Assembly (NCBI RefSeq): GCF_006345805.1
Contig: NC_043002.1
Location: 41,106,001-41,170,000 of the forward strand
Reading direction: 5' to 3'
Origin: Octopus sinensis
Taxonomy: Eukaryota
DNA length: 64,000 bases
The translations under genes were made by a program, and so were the position numbers. Below are positions 51,463-64,000 of the stretch, in pieces. Within the stretch, counting starts at the first letter, position 1, and each line of letters begins with the position of its first letter. Under the pieces are notes generated by a model. It was not told the DNA's origin, made no database searches, and saw nothing but the letters and a program-made list of their open reading frames with translations.

Positions 51463-51872
51463 GTGTACGTAGGTATGCATTTATGTATGTCATTATTCAA
51501 TTCTATTTGAAGATTTCTTGCAAATAAAGAAAAAGGCAGTTTCTAACCTAGATCCAAGGCTCTTTCATTCGAATTTCAACAACATCAACAGGGTATTTTT
51601 GTATGTATGAATGTGTATGTGCAGATTTGTATGTTTTGTTTTATGCATGTCTTCTCACGTATATACTTGCATATATAGACATGTTCATATATACTTAAAT
51701 GATAAACTTCTGGAAAGTTTTACAGATTTTTACAATTCCAGTGATGGCTTGGATTTGTAGTCTCCAAATCAGCTTTCTCCTTTCTGGTTTTGAGAATGTA
51801 TGTATGTATGTATGTATGTATGTATGTATGTATGTATTTATGTATGTATGTATGTATGTATGTATGTATGTA

Positions 51873-52091
51873 CGAGGGGGTGTTGAAAAGTTCCTGGTTT
51901 TAAGTGAAAGAAAATACAGAAGGATCAGTTAATTATGATTTTATTCAACATATTCCCCCTCTCGGATCCTTACACTTATTGCAGCAGTCCTTCAGTTTTT
52001 CTAAACCCTGTAAAAGAACTCGGAAATTTTGGGCCTCCAGCCTGGCCTTTCGTGATACCCTTAAAGCCAGGAACTTTTCAACACCCCATCG
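51873..52091. mobile_element. Mariner-derived MITE in (TATG)n
   Basis: TA TSD; TIRs CGAGGGGGTGTTGAAAAGTTCCTGG / CCAGGAACTTTTCAACACCCCATCG. Confidence 0.9.
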
Positions 52092-53822
52092 TATGTATGT
52101 ATGTATGTATGTATGTATGTATGTATGTATGTATGCATGTATGCATGTGTGCGTGCGTGTGTGCATGTGTGCGTGCGTGCGTGGGTGTGTCTGTGTGTGT
52201 GTGTTATTAGCAATCTCATTGCAAGGTTGTCAGTGATTTTTTGTATACCCCATGGATTTCGCTATTGCGGCTATAGCTGAATATCACCTGTATTTCAGTT
52301 ATCTGTTCCTCAATAGCGTAGCTAGAGGGTGTGCTGCTGGAGGCAGCCCTTGAGTTTGCACCTCTCCACCACCAAATAGGATTATACAGCTGACCCAAAC
52401 GTGCTTCCCCATAAAAGTGTGGCCCGGTGCGGACTGCCCCTCGCCTCTCCTCCAAGCTGTTGTCCCTATGGCAGAAGTCCATATATATTCTTCTACGCAA
52501 ACTAACTTTATTGTTAGAGAGCCGGGTAGAATGCATTGGTATATTTTACCAGCTCTCTGCGTTCTGTGTTCAAATCCAATCGGATCAACTTTGCCTATTA
52601 TTTTCTCGGACCCACTAAAGTAAAGTACTAAGGAAGGGCACTGGATTGAGAGAATTCTTAGAACATCTGACAGGTTAGGCACGTATCAATTTCGTTGGGC
52701 TTTTTTGCGTTCCGGAAGCAATGCCTGCAACAAAATTTGTTCCAAGCAGTATAGATCTTTTTCTTGGGCAACATCGAAGCGTGGAGAGGTGAGATTTGCG
52801 CGCATAAGTAACTAATATCTTCCATTAATACAAAAAACCCCCAGAAAAATCTAATCCTGACTAATGGCGTAACTAGAGTGTGTGCCTCTCCTCCGCCCCG
52901 GGCCCCAAGCCTATACAGGTTTATGCAGCAGCCCCAAAAGGGCCGTCCTTATAACAACTTCATCCGAGCCGGATTACCATTCACCATCTCACCTTACCTT
53001 GCTCCATCTTACTCTTATATCGCCTTACTTCCTACATCGTCTTGCCCCTTACCTGACCTTAGCCCCCATTCACCTTACTCCCTTCATCTACGCTACTGAT
53101 CCAGACCTCCATCTTCGACAGGAACTTTCCAGGTGCAGATCCACATTTCAGCGGAAATATCTGTGGGATTAGTTGAACATAAAATAAATCTGAAATTAAT
53201 CATTTTTTCTTTAGCCACAAGGACACAGATGAGGGGTAGACATCACAAAGACAAACATTGGTTCTGTCAGTACAGACTGAGATCCGACTGTTGCAATTTT
53301 AGTATAGTCATGCACACCTCAACACCTTGCAGAATAATTTCAGCTGTACAAAGCTGGCGAAATATATAAATTAAAAGCAGGAATGCAAAGGAAACGTACA
53401 TATAAAGAGTTGTCATATTTTGTGCAAAATAACGAAATATCAGTAAAAGTCTACATGTGTCGTTGCTCGATCTGGAAGAAACAGTAACCAAGTTTCTCTC
53501 CTATCACACAAACCAGCAAAGGAGCTTCTTGCGTAGTCGTTTACCCTGCTAGAAATAAACAACAAAACCTCCATCATATCAAACTCTGTAACTTAAATAA
53601 GAACATTACGCATGGCTGTGTGGTTAAGAAGCTTACTTTAGAATCACGTGGTTTCAGGTTCAGTTCGTCTACATGGCACCTTAGGTATTTTCTACCATAG
53701 GTCTCAGGTTATAGTAGAAGAGCCCATCGCGTATATATATTATGTGTGTGTGTGTGTGTGTGGTGTGTGTGTATACATACATATGTATATATGTATTTGT
53801 AAGACAATCTCATACACATACA

Positions 53823-53881
<59 letters not shown>

Positions 53882-54289
53882 TATATATAGTCGGCTTTTC
53901 GATGCCCCCATTGGCGGCGTTACACTTATCTGGCTTTTAAATAGCGTTTATAAATAATACCGGCACCCATAGCCCTTAGTAACAAATTCTGAAATAGCCT
54001 TTAAGATATCTACGATTATCCACTGCAAGGGGAATTACTCCTGTAAGACAAACGGGGCTTGGTTTTTTCACAGCGGGGGGTTTCCTTGACAAGGCAGGCT
54101 CAGATGAACACACACACACATAAAACATAATATATATATATTTTTTTCTTTCTGCCACCCAACGGTTATCACGGCAGTAGCCACTGACAGCCGAACGATC
54201 AAACGCACACACGTACACAAAAAATGTTTTCTACCCCTACGCCAACACACACATAATAGAACAGTATACACACACACACGTCTCTAAGT

Positions 54290-54665
54290 AGATTTTTTCT
54301 CGCCCTTATAAAACATCCAATATTCCTTTAATAGTCAGAACTTTATTCTCGGTCACTAAGAACATCTATACACCCTCACCCACATGATTGACCGATGCCT
54401 GACCTGTAGAATTCTTCAGCCACCGGTTCTCAGCATACACTGATAAACAGTTTCGCCATGGGCTCTTAGGAGCATAGTTCGATTTGGTTTTTGCTCCGCC
54501 TCTGTTCTGTTTTTGTTTCTCTAACGGATTTCCTTTTTTCTTCCTGAAGAGAAAGACACAATATGGTCCCATTATTCAATCGGATTTTGGTAATTTGTGC
54601 CTTCGAAACACGTGTAGAATGAAATAAAACGATTTCTGTTCAATCTGCGTTCAGCTCCATTTCTT
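54290..54665 (+). mobile_element. pLTR / retrozyme-like non-coding unit
   Basis: Hammerhead followed by AATAAA at 54623-54628 and then (TA)n; 5' boundary uncertain. Confidence 0.5.
54537..54624 (+). ncRNA. Type I hammerhead ribozyme, long stem II
   Basis: TTTC-TTC / GAA-T-GAAA stem I; CTGAAGA 54544-54550; stem II GAA(A)G(A)CACAA...TTGTGCCTTC; GAAA 54605-54608; palindrome ACACGTGT; GUA site after 54616. Confidence 0.78.
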
Positions 54666-54701
54666 CAATTCACCAATAATATATATATATATATATATAT
54701 C

Positions 54702-54744
<43 letters not shown>

Positions 54745-56453
54745 CATATGTGAGCTTTTGTATTTGTCCATCCCACTTGACAAACGGTTTGGGATTGCTT
54801 ACATCCCTGTGTTTCGGCAAAAGATATCGATTGAATAAGTACCTAAATTTAAATAAAAAAAAGTACTTGGATCAATTTGTTCAATTAAATCCCTCAAGGT
54901 TGTGAGCACCCCTGCATGGTCGCAGTCGTTTTACTGAAGTAAGTAAAAGTTAGAAGATTAGATGGAGTGGGTCCTCGACAAATCCCTAAAAGACAGGATG
55001 GTCTTAAATGAAACGCATTTAACTGTAGGTCTACTCGATCTATGCTGACCAAGGATCAAATAACAGCAACAACAACAACAACGATAAGAAGACGATCTAT
55101 ACTTAAACAATTATGTGTTGTCAGATAAATTCGTTCATTTTTTTCTTTTTTTTGTGTAGGTTTTTCTACTTTGCATTTCATTATCATATGTCTGAAACCG
55201 TTGAAATTTATTAAAATTTTAAAAGCAGCAAACAAAAGTGGTAGAAGAAGAATAAATCTACAGAAAAATCATAAAGCAATACGATGAAAATATATTTTGG
55301 GGTTTAATTCAAATAACAGGAAAGTATTAAAATATAAATGGGGAGAAAATTACCGAATTTATCACATAACCCAATATTAGCTACTGTTGTGCAATGAAAA
55401 TAAGTATTTGCAGACTAATACCAGATTGCCTCTTAAATTTCGTCTACATATATATTGGGACCTCATTTAGGAATGCCTCCCATTACAAACAAATCGGTTT
55501 ATGCACAATTTTTTGAATATAAAGCATTTCGGGTGACGAACAGTGTCTTGAATAACGAACACGCAAGCCGACAACAAAGTTTGAAGACAAGCTGGGAGTA
55601 TCAGCGGGTAAACGTCCGTTGCAGTCTAGCTTTCGCTCAGGGGACATCTTTGCTGAAATTTACTGTGCCTTGTTTTGAATTTCCTATGGGAAAAATAGCC
55701 TCGGTTTACAAATATTTCGGGTGAAGAACGGCCTTCAGGAATGACGAATTAAATTCCTAAACCGAAGGTCCACTCTATGGACAACGCAAATGATTACGTA
55801 TTTGGCCAGGAAATATGAATGTGTCGTTTCCTGTTATGCTAACACCAAGTCTTAGAATTCCATTAAGTGAGAATAGGATGACGCCATAGGAAATAAAGGT
55901 TAAACAAAATGAGATTTTTTTGAAAATTAAAGCTTAAAATATATTTTGCATTGCTATCATTTAAACTTAGCGTCAAGAAGGCTGAGTCAATATTTATATA
56001 TATATCACTTATCAGCTAAGAGTGAGTTCATATCTAGTTGCAAGAATACAACTAAATACGTGTGTGTGTGTGTGTGTGTGTGTGCGTGCGCGCACGCGCA
56101 AATAGATATGAGCGTAACAAAAAAAAAACCTTGTTTCTCTCACGTAGAGAAACTCTTGTTTGAATTCCAGAATAACCTGATAAGTGTTTTATGTAAATAT
56201 AACATAATCGCAAGAAGAAATCTGTTGCCAGTAAAAATTATATTCTAACAAATGATTATATTACAAAAACACACAAACACACACACATACATATATCTTT
56301 TGAGGCTATGAATAATGTTTCTTTCTGGTTGCACGGCATGCTAAAAGCAGTAGCCAAATCATTCGCTACCATCTTTAAAAACATGTTTTTAAAGATTGTA
56401 ACTGTTATCACAGAGAACTGAGCTGGTGAATAAACAACAACTACGATATATAT

Positions 56454-56492
<39 letters not shown>

Positions 56493-56500
56493 CATATATA

Positions 56501-56550
<50 letters not shown>

Positions 56551-56552
<2 letters not shown>

Positions 56553-56750
56553 ATTCCATCGTAGGTTGAGACGAGCCTCCGTCTTCAGGGGAGGGATCTT
56601 ACATTTGAGGTGTTAAAGGAAAGAAGTTCAAAGATGGAATGATTTTGTGGAGAGCTAAGTATATTAGAGGAAGGAATAGTTTAAATCTCTTGAGCACTAC
56701 TAAATGTATTCTATACGGAGAATATTTGATTATCATCTATGAACTATATA
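56551..56750 (+). mobile_element. LINE-like 3' fragment (L1/Tx1-like), (TA)n-flanked
   Basis: Homologous to 36770-37150. Confidence 0.55.
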
Positions 56751-56765
56751 TAATTATATATATAT

Positions 56766-56812
<47 letters not shown>

Positions 56813-56820
56813 ATATATAT

Positions 56821-56959
56821 CAGGTTGTCCCAAAAGTTCGTAAACACTTGCGAAAATTGAATTTTTACTCGCCAAGTACTAACAAAAACAACAAAAATTA
56901 TTCCTCAAAATAAAGACCATTATTTTCCAAGACTTTCTACGAACTTTTGGGAGAACCTT
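56821..56959. mobile_element. Tc1/mariner-type MITE in (TA)n
   Basis: TIRs CAGGTTGTCCCAAAAGTTCGTA / TACGAACTTTTGGGAGAACCTT. Confidence 0.85.
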
Positions 56960-56998
56960 ATATATATATATATAGTAACAACGGGGAAGCCGCTACAT

Positions 56999-57309
56999 CA
57001 GGGCTGGCCAACCTGAGGCCCGCGAGCCACATGCGGCCCGCTTGATACTATCTTTAAATTGGTTTATTTAAAGAAACATTTTTAAAATTTTATCAAAAAT
57101 TAAAGATTGTAATAAAAAGTAAAAAAAGAAAGATATTTCTGTTTTTGCAATGATAATATTTCATGATGAATCAACGATCATTCATTCATTATTATAATAA
57201 TAGCATGAGAAAGCAAAATGCTTCCAATTCTGTCAGTATACAAGCAGCCCTCAAAAATCCTTTCTGTGATTAAAGTGGCCCGCAATGTAATTCCAGTTGG
57301 CCAGGCCTG
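56999..57309. mobile_element. hAT (Charlie-like) MITE
   Basis: TIRs CAGGGCTGGCCAAC / GTTGGCCAGGCCTG; 8-bp TSD CGCTACAT / CGCTATCT. Confidence 0.8.
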
Positions 57310-57439
57310 CGCTATCTGATCACTCGTCAGGCTTGAAATAGCAGCAAATTTTTATCTTGAATCATACGCTACCATCTCAAAAGAAAAGGCACATTGGATA
57401 ATACTGACTGATCTTAAGTCTGGTGCAGGTTGACTTCTC

Positions 57440-57967
<528 letters not shown>

Positions 57968-58489
57968 ATTAGATATTAAAGCAGTATGACTCTCCCAAGA
58001 CACAACAAAACGAAAGATACTAGTTATTGTTTAGGAACAGGTCGTCCTTACTTGAACTAATCTACAATCAAAGCAGTTATAACCGTGACCATCTTGTGTT
58101 TGCATTTATCAGACTTCACTATATAATGTTTTTAAGACGGCAAATGATTTTAAAAAATTTTAGCTAATTTATTGCATTTTGAGCGACCATATATAGGCCT
58201 CCACATTAGTTCATTGTGGAGGAACCAATGAGAGAGCTTCTATGCAGTTGCTTGAAATGTTAGAAATAACAACTAAATATCACTTATTTTACAACCTACC
58301 ATCTTAAGAAAGGAAGTTGTTTCGGTTAGTTCACTTGGTAGTGCTATCCACATAAAAACATAATAATTAAGGTAGTATTAGCATATGTAATGAACCAAGC
58401 ATGAAGAAAAGCTAGTTAGAAATAATCATGCATTGAAATAAAAGACGCAATATTACCCAAAAATTAATATTATCAGAATAACTAATGGT

Positions 58490-58700
58490 AGTGAATTGGT
58501 AGAATCGTTAGAACAGTTCTGCTATGTTTTTTTTTAGCATCTGGAGTTCAAATCCTGCCTAGGTCACCTTTGCCTTTTATCTCCCTGGGGCTGATGATAA
58601 AAAATAGTACAAGACAAGAACTAGAGTCGATTCGATCGACTATCCTCCTCTTTCTCTCTCAAAATGGCTGACCTGGTGTCTCAATTGAAAACAACATTAT
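58490..58700 (+). mobile_element. Degenerate SINE family B
   Basis: GGTAGTGAATTGGTAGAATCGTTAG...GAGTTCAAATCCTGCCTAGGTCACCTTTGCC. Confidence 0.65.
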
Positions 58701-59489
58701 CGAATAATTAAGATAACAATAATCGTTGACTAATATAATCAGCTCCTCATCACTGTCTTATTAGCATTTTAATGTTCATTGCATTAAATGTCATTTTCGT
58801 GAATTTATTTTCTTCTAATATGCTTTGTCAAAAATCTACGCAACTCTTATAACGTGTAAAAAAATTATGAATAACTAAACTACGTCGATCGAAGAAGCTG
58901 GTTCAAGTATGACTGTATATTGCTGGCATGGTGTAAAAGGACTGAAAGATGTTTGCAGCTGTGGTATCTTAAGATATGGCCGCAATGACTAGTTGGCCCA
59001 AAGGCCCAAAGGCTTAAGTGCCCAATATTATCTAGTGCATTGCTTTGCTTAGGGCCTATAATGTTGTTATAATAACCCTGGTCTGTAACCGTCCTCTTGC
59101 TTCCAAAATCCAGATTCCCTCCGCTCCCAAGAAAGTACATATACCTTGTGAAATTTGTTTTAAATTTCTTGAAGTTACCTCCCTTTTTCATTGAGAATCG
59201 CTAACATTTACCACTAGGGAGAGTTCGATTAATCGAGAGTTTTGGGCGAACGTTATCCAGTACATCTGCTCATAACTTCTAACTCTAAATTAAAGTCACT
59301 GATTTAATTTCTCTAAATTAAAGTCACATTTTGATTATATTCCTTGGCTCATTCCATTTATTAATCGCGAGTGATTTTGACCTGATAACATGTACCATGA
59401 CTTTCGTTCATTGTTTTATGTGCTTAAGTATTTGCAAAGTCCAAAGGCATTTATTGTCGACAATTAAGTTCACAAATCTGACATTTTAG

Positions 59490-59700
59490 ACATTTAGGGC
59501 GTCACGAGCAACTGCCTAAGATCATACTGACAGAGAGGAAGAGAGCAAGAGGTCGTCAAAGATGTTGGGGGACTAATACGGCAATAAAGAATGGACTGAC
59601 AAGATCCTGGCTGATTGTATGCTTGCAGCACAAAACAGAAGGAACTGAAGAGTCGTGACAAGCCGACCCCTGGACATAGGAAGGGTACCTCGCAGTAGTT
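59490..59700 (+). mobile_element. RTE 3' fragment
   Basis: RKRARGRQRCW...IKEWTDKILADCMLAAQNR. Confidence 0.65.
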
Positions 59701-59818
59701 ACAAGAAGACAGAAACCCACTCTCGGACCGCTCACCTTTGACCCAGCGGAATATCCAGTGTGTTACAGCTAGAGGGTGAGAGAGAGAATGTGTGTGTGTG
59801 TGGTGTGTGTGTGTGTGT

Positions 59819-59854
<36 letters not shown>

Positions 59855-60879
59855 ACATCAGCATGCGCCTGGTACTCATTATAGCTTAGAAGACAGGTAA
59901 AACGTTAAAAGAAGTGCTTTGTTGAAGGAAACAACGTGCTGTTCGATCCATGAAATGAACCAACGACCTTAACGTCTTGAACCGAACTCCCAACCACTAA
60001 GCCAAGCACCTTCGCTGTTAACACTAGCATATACGTAGGACAACGTAGTTCTAGATACATACATTAAGTCTTAAAAACAGATGACAAGGTCATCATGGCA
60101 ACATAATTAATCATAGGTCACCTCGATCTTGCCTGCGCTGCAGCAAACGGCAACAATAGCAACAGAAGGAGCAAAAAGAAGAGAGACCATACTTCAGTAA
60201 TATTAATAACTGAGGTATTATTATTCTCTAATATTATGCAGTGAAAAATAAATGTTTTCAGACTTATTGCTAACATCAGATTAGCTCTTAATATATATAT
60301 ATTTTTAATACATATATTGACAACTCAAGTGTTTAAGTATTTAGCTTGGAATTATGTACGCGCTGTTTCCTGCTCTATTGTCTTCTTGTCTTTCAATTTC
60401 GTTAAGTGAGGTTGGAATGACATTATAAGATCTATAGCTAAACAGAATAAGATTTTAAAACTGAAGCCTGATATGTGTGTGTGTGTGTGTGTGTATGTGA
60501 GTATGTGTGTGTGAGAAACAGAGAGAGAGAGTGTGTATGTGTGTATGTGTGTGTGTTTTGCTATTGTTAAAATGTGTCAAAAATGTCTGAGTAGAGAATG
60601 TGTATGCTGCTGGATGGAATAGGGGTGGCTACAAAGGGTGAGTTGTGAGTTCATATCTAGTTTTGTGGCTAAGTAATGGTTATGTTAATTTACATTTTCA
60701 ATTATCTTACGGGGAGCGAGTTACATACATACATGCATACATACATACATACATGCATACATACATACATACATACATACATACATACATACATACATAC
60801 ATACATACGTACGTACGTACGTACGTACGCACGTACGTATGTATATATATACTTATGTATATGTGTGTATATATGCACA

Positions 60880-61865
60880 GGTGTGGCTGTGCGGAAAGAA
60901 GCTCGCTTCCGGTTTACCGTGGTTCATTCGTTTTGTTGGATTTGTGTGAGATAGACGTGTGTTTTGGCTGTGCGACGTTTTATTCTTGTGTGATGGAGGG
61001 ACGTCGAACGAGGAGTTGCGAGGGTTTGAGTTGTTCTGAGTCAAACGTTGAAAGCTACCCGTCTTCGGACTATGTGTCGTCCGAGGAAGAAATGGTAGAG
61101 TGCCTCAAGAAAATAGACAAAGCCATGGAAAAAGGAAGCTATGCTGCAGCGATGGAAGAAAAGTACGAAGACATAAGAATGGGAGATGTAAGCAAGTATA
61201 AGGGAATACTGAAAAGGGTGGGTACCGAAGTAAAGGTGTTCCCCCGTGAAGAAGTCTTAAAGAAAACAACGAAAAGAACGGTAGTTTATAGGACGTACTC
61301 GATGGCAGCTGGAAAAATTGAGAACATGTCTACGGTACAGATAGAAAAGGCGTTAAGACCAGTCTGGCAAGGGATTTCGTACCTTGCCAGAAGTAAAAAA
61401 TTTGGAACGATAGAAGTGTAGTTCGAAAAAGAAGCTACCGCCCGGCTACACTCGGCAACACCGCTGAAAACGAATGAGGTAGTTCTTCTACCCTTATACC
61501 TTGGGAGACGTGTTTCCAGGGTTAGGGTGGAAGAAATACCCCCAGAGGTGGATTACTACTTGGAATGGAGGAGAAGGTGGTGGTGCTACAGGCCACCCGA
61601 ACACCTCATAGGAACTGGAAGGGACAAACCCTTGACATGGTGTTGCAAATCGCGGAGGAGGACATCGTAAAAATGGTCGAAAGTATCAGTGGGAGAGACA
61701 ATTTTAAAGGTCAGAGTGGAAGGGAGGATTCTGCGATATTAGAGCGAGGCGACCTCCACCACTAGAAAAGGACAAGGAGAGACAGAAATAAAAAGTGGTT
61801 GGTGCTACACTACCTGTGGGGAAGAAGTAAGTAATGTGGAACCACAGAAGAAGACAGGCACCAGT
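60880..61865 (+). mobile_element. L1/Tx1-like 5' UTR + ORF1, 3' truncated
   Basis: MEGRRTRS...YLARSKKFGTIEV*FEKE...LLPLYLGRRVSRVRVEEIPPEV, then KVRVEGR; no ORF2 downstream. Confidence 0.7.
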
Positions 61866-62386
61866 AAAAATTTTATCTGATGATGGTGGATTTTATATTA
61901 TGATAAAATCCTTTATGGTTGAATTAAATAGATAAAATTACTGAAACAGTTATCTTAAATTTTAATCGCCATTTGTGTTTAGGTTTTATATCTACGCTAC
62001 ACCAAGTACCCATCCCTTAGTCGTATCTATGGCTTAAACTGGATTTGGTACTTGCATTTCCACTATTTGGATTTAGTATCTACATATCGCTCCCAACCAT
62101 TACTGGCGTCCTACAAGTTGATGTGCCTTGATTCTTATCAATCCATATAATAAAATTATATACATATGTATGTATTATGTGTGTGTGCGTGCATGCACAT
62201 ACACACATATATACATTGCCGTATTTGATGGAATACAGAACGCACTATTTGTTTTATGTCTTAAAACATCACCCCGGATCCTATATGCAAAGCTAGACCT
62301 ATAGTACATGTGTTAATGCACTAAAAGCATTTTCTCTGAATATTCGCTGCCAAAATTGGACTGCGTTTTTTATGCCATCAAATACG

Positions 62387-62427
<41 letters not shown>

Positions 62428-62480
62428 TGTGCGTGTTTGTTTACATATATACATCTGAGCCAATGTGATAACCTCTACAG

Positions 62481-62842
62481 CCGGGGTTCTCACCCATTTT
62501 TTTATCTGTAGACCCTTTTGGTTACTATTTTATTCTGCGAGACCTTCCTACACATCCGATGTTTAAAAGCTAGTTTTATAGAAACTTCATTCAAAATTCC
62601 TATTTCTTTTTTTTTTCTTTTTTTACACATTAGCCTGTTTAAGTTGAGCTGTGTAAACGTTAGGGAAAGACACCTAGCTGTCTCTTGCAATACATACCAA
62701 TACATACATCCCAAGCAAAGTTTTTTCAAGGGCTCTTAGGATACTATTGTGGACGCCCAGTTTACTGTTCTGTTGCATGGGACCCCACAAACATTTTATA
62801 TGGACTTTCAGGGGCCATATGAACCCCAGTTGAGAACCACTG
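62481..62842. mobile_element. hAT MITE
   Basis: TIRs CCGGGGTTCTCACC / GTTGAGAACCACTG; 8-bp TSD CTCTACAG / CTCTACAT. Confidence 0.8.
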
Positions 62843-63219
62843 CTCTACATGGTTGCTCTACATGGTTGCATACGAATCACAACCTACCATTTTAAAAAGA
62901 TGGAATTACATGCTACAGTGTAATTGTAGATGTAGAAAAGAAGGAATGGTATCATCAGCCGGGACGCACAACAAAATGTTCTCGACTATCAGAACGAGTG
63001 GAGTATTTCGTTTATATAAAACTAAACTGATTGTCAACAAAGGAAACCAGAACATAGTGAAAGATGTTTGCTTTCTTTACACAAACATAACAACAACAAA
63101 AAGCTCGATTAATTGCCATACAGATTTCGAACAAAATTGTAGCATGAAAAAAGACACCACTGATTTTTCCATGGTTTAAAAAACCCTTTGGTATGTCAAT
63201 CATTTTCGTGCATTCATCC

Positions 63220-63720
63220 ATTCATTTGTTCATCTTCTCCACCTAATAGTCTTGGGAAGGTCGCAGAGATAGAGTCCTCAGACACCTTCTCCATAGGGTC
63301 CTATCAGAAGCGAACTTCATTAGACTTTCAAACTGGGTTCCTAGGCATGAACAACTGCAACTATGGATATCATCCAACCATTTTATTCTTGATATACGCC
63401 TAGGTTTCCTGCTGGTTGTCTTGGCTTGAAGAATCCGTCTTGTGAATTCTTTCTTGTAACATTTAACCATGTATCCACAGTACTTGAGCTGTGACCTATC
63501 AACGCCGAGAAGCAGCGACCTAAACTGGCGAGACTCCATGATATCTGAGTTATGTATCCTGTTGAGTAACATTACTCCACGGATTCTTCAGAGAAACTCC
63601 ATTTCAGTTGCTTGTATTTGTGATCTTACTCTTTCAGTCATTAACCAACATCCATAACCATAGATGAATGAGGATAGACACTTAAAACCGAGATGAAGAG
63701 AACGAGTTCATTTTTAACAA
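63220..63720 (-). mobile_element. RTE 3' part
   Basis: YGYGCWLMTERVRSQIQATEMEFL.RIRGVMLLNRIHNSDI...RSQLKY.G...RIKWLDDI. Confidence 0.85.
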
Positions 63721-64000
63721 TCTCTTCTCTTGCTTGTGTTCGTGTAAATGGTGCTTAGTCGAAACCTTCCATTTTCATAAAACAAAATTTATTTTAACAT
63801 TGTTTAAAAGCAGAGTTCTCAAAACTGTGTTGTGACACTTGTCATGTGTCATCAACAATCTTTAAGTTTGTCGCGAAATTAAAGAATATTTAATTAATTT
63901 TCAAGACTATGCTGTTGAGATCTGACATGATATGTGACATGTGATGCAATATTTGCAGCATTTAATGGTTTAAAAAAACACGGGTATGTTAATCGCATGA

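Noticed and set aside
52878-53172. Pro/Leu-rich ORFs in a C-rich patch
   Set aside because: No recognisable domain; probably a decayed repeat UTR.
55705-55745. Minus-strand CTGAAGG...CCCGAAA; similar weak hits at about 12360 and 43495
   Set aside because: No consistent stem II or stem I.

Overview
AT-rich, microsatellite-saturated eukaryotic non-coding DNA. The repeat families (tRNA-headed SINEs with internal microsatellites, Dong/R4, Penelope-like, RTE, L1/Tx1-like, mariner, pogo, hAT MITEs, Helitrons) look like an Octopus/coleoid cephalopod genome; this is my inference from recalled repeat families, not a database result. I found no host protein-coding exon I can support. Most ORF-track entries are microsatellite read-throughs, and the informative ones are decayed transposon fragments. 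The most interesting signal is RNA-level: five type I hammerhead ribozyme motifs (18956-19030 +, 33932-33968 -, 39379-39432 -, 39744-39797 +, 54537-54624 +), four with intact catalytic cores, in at least four dissimilar short non-coding Penelope pLTR/retrozyme-like units. Two have unusually long stem II arms, and one unit is inserted in inverted orientation into a copy of itself. Other structure: three long fold-back inverted repeats, a stack of four Dong/R4 3' ends on (TAA)n, a Penelope ORF whose frame is restored by removing a TSD-flanked insert, ORF1-only or internally deleted L1/Tx1-like elements, and nested or dimeric SINEs with clean TSDs. All alignments and folds were done by eye, so element boundaries are approximate.
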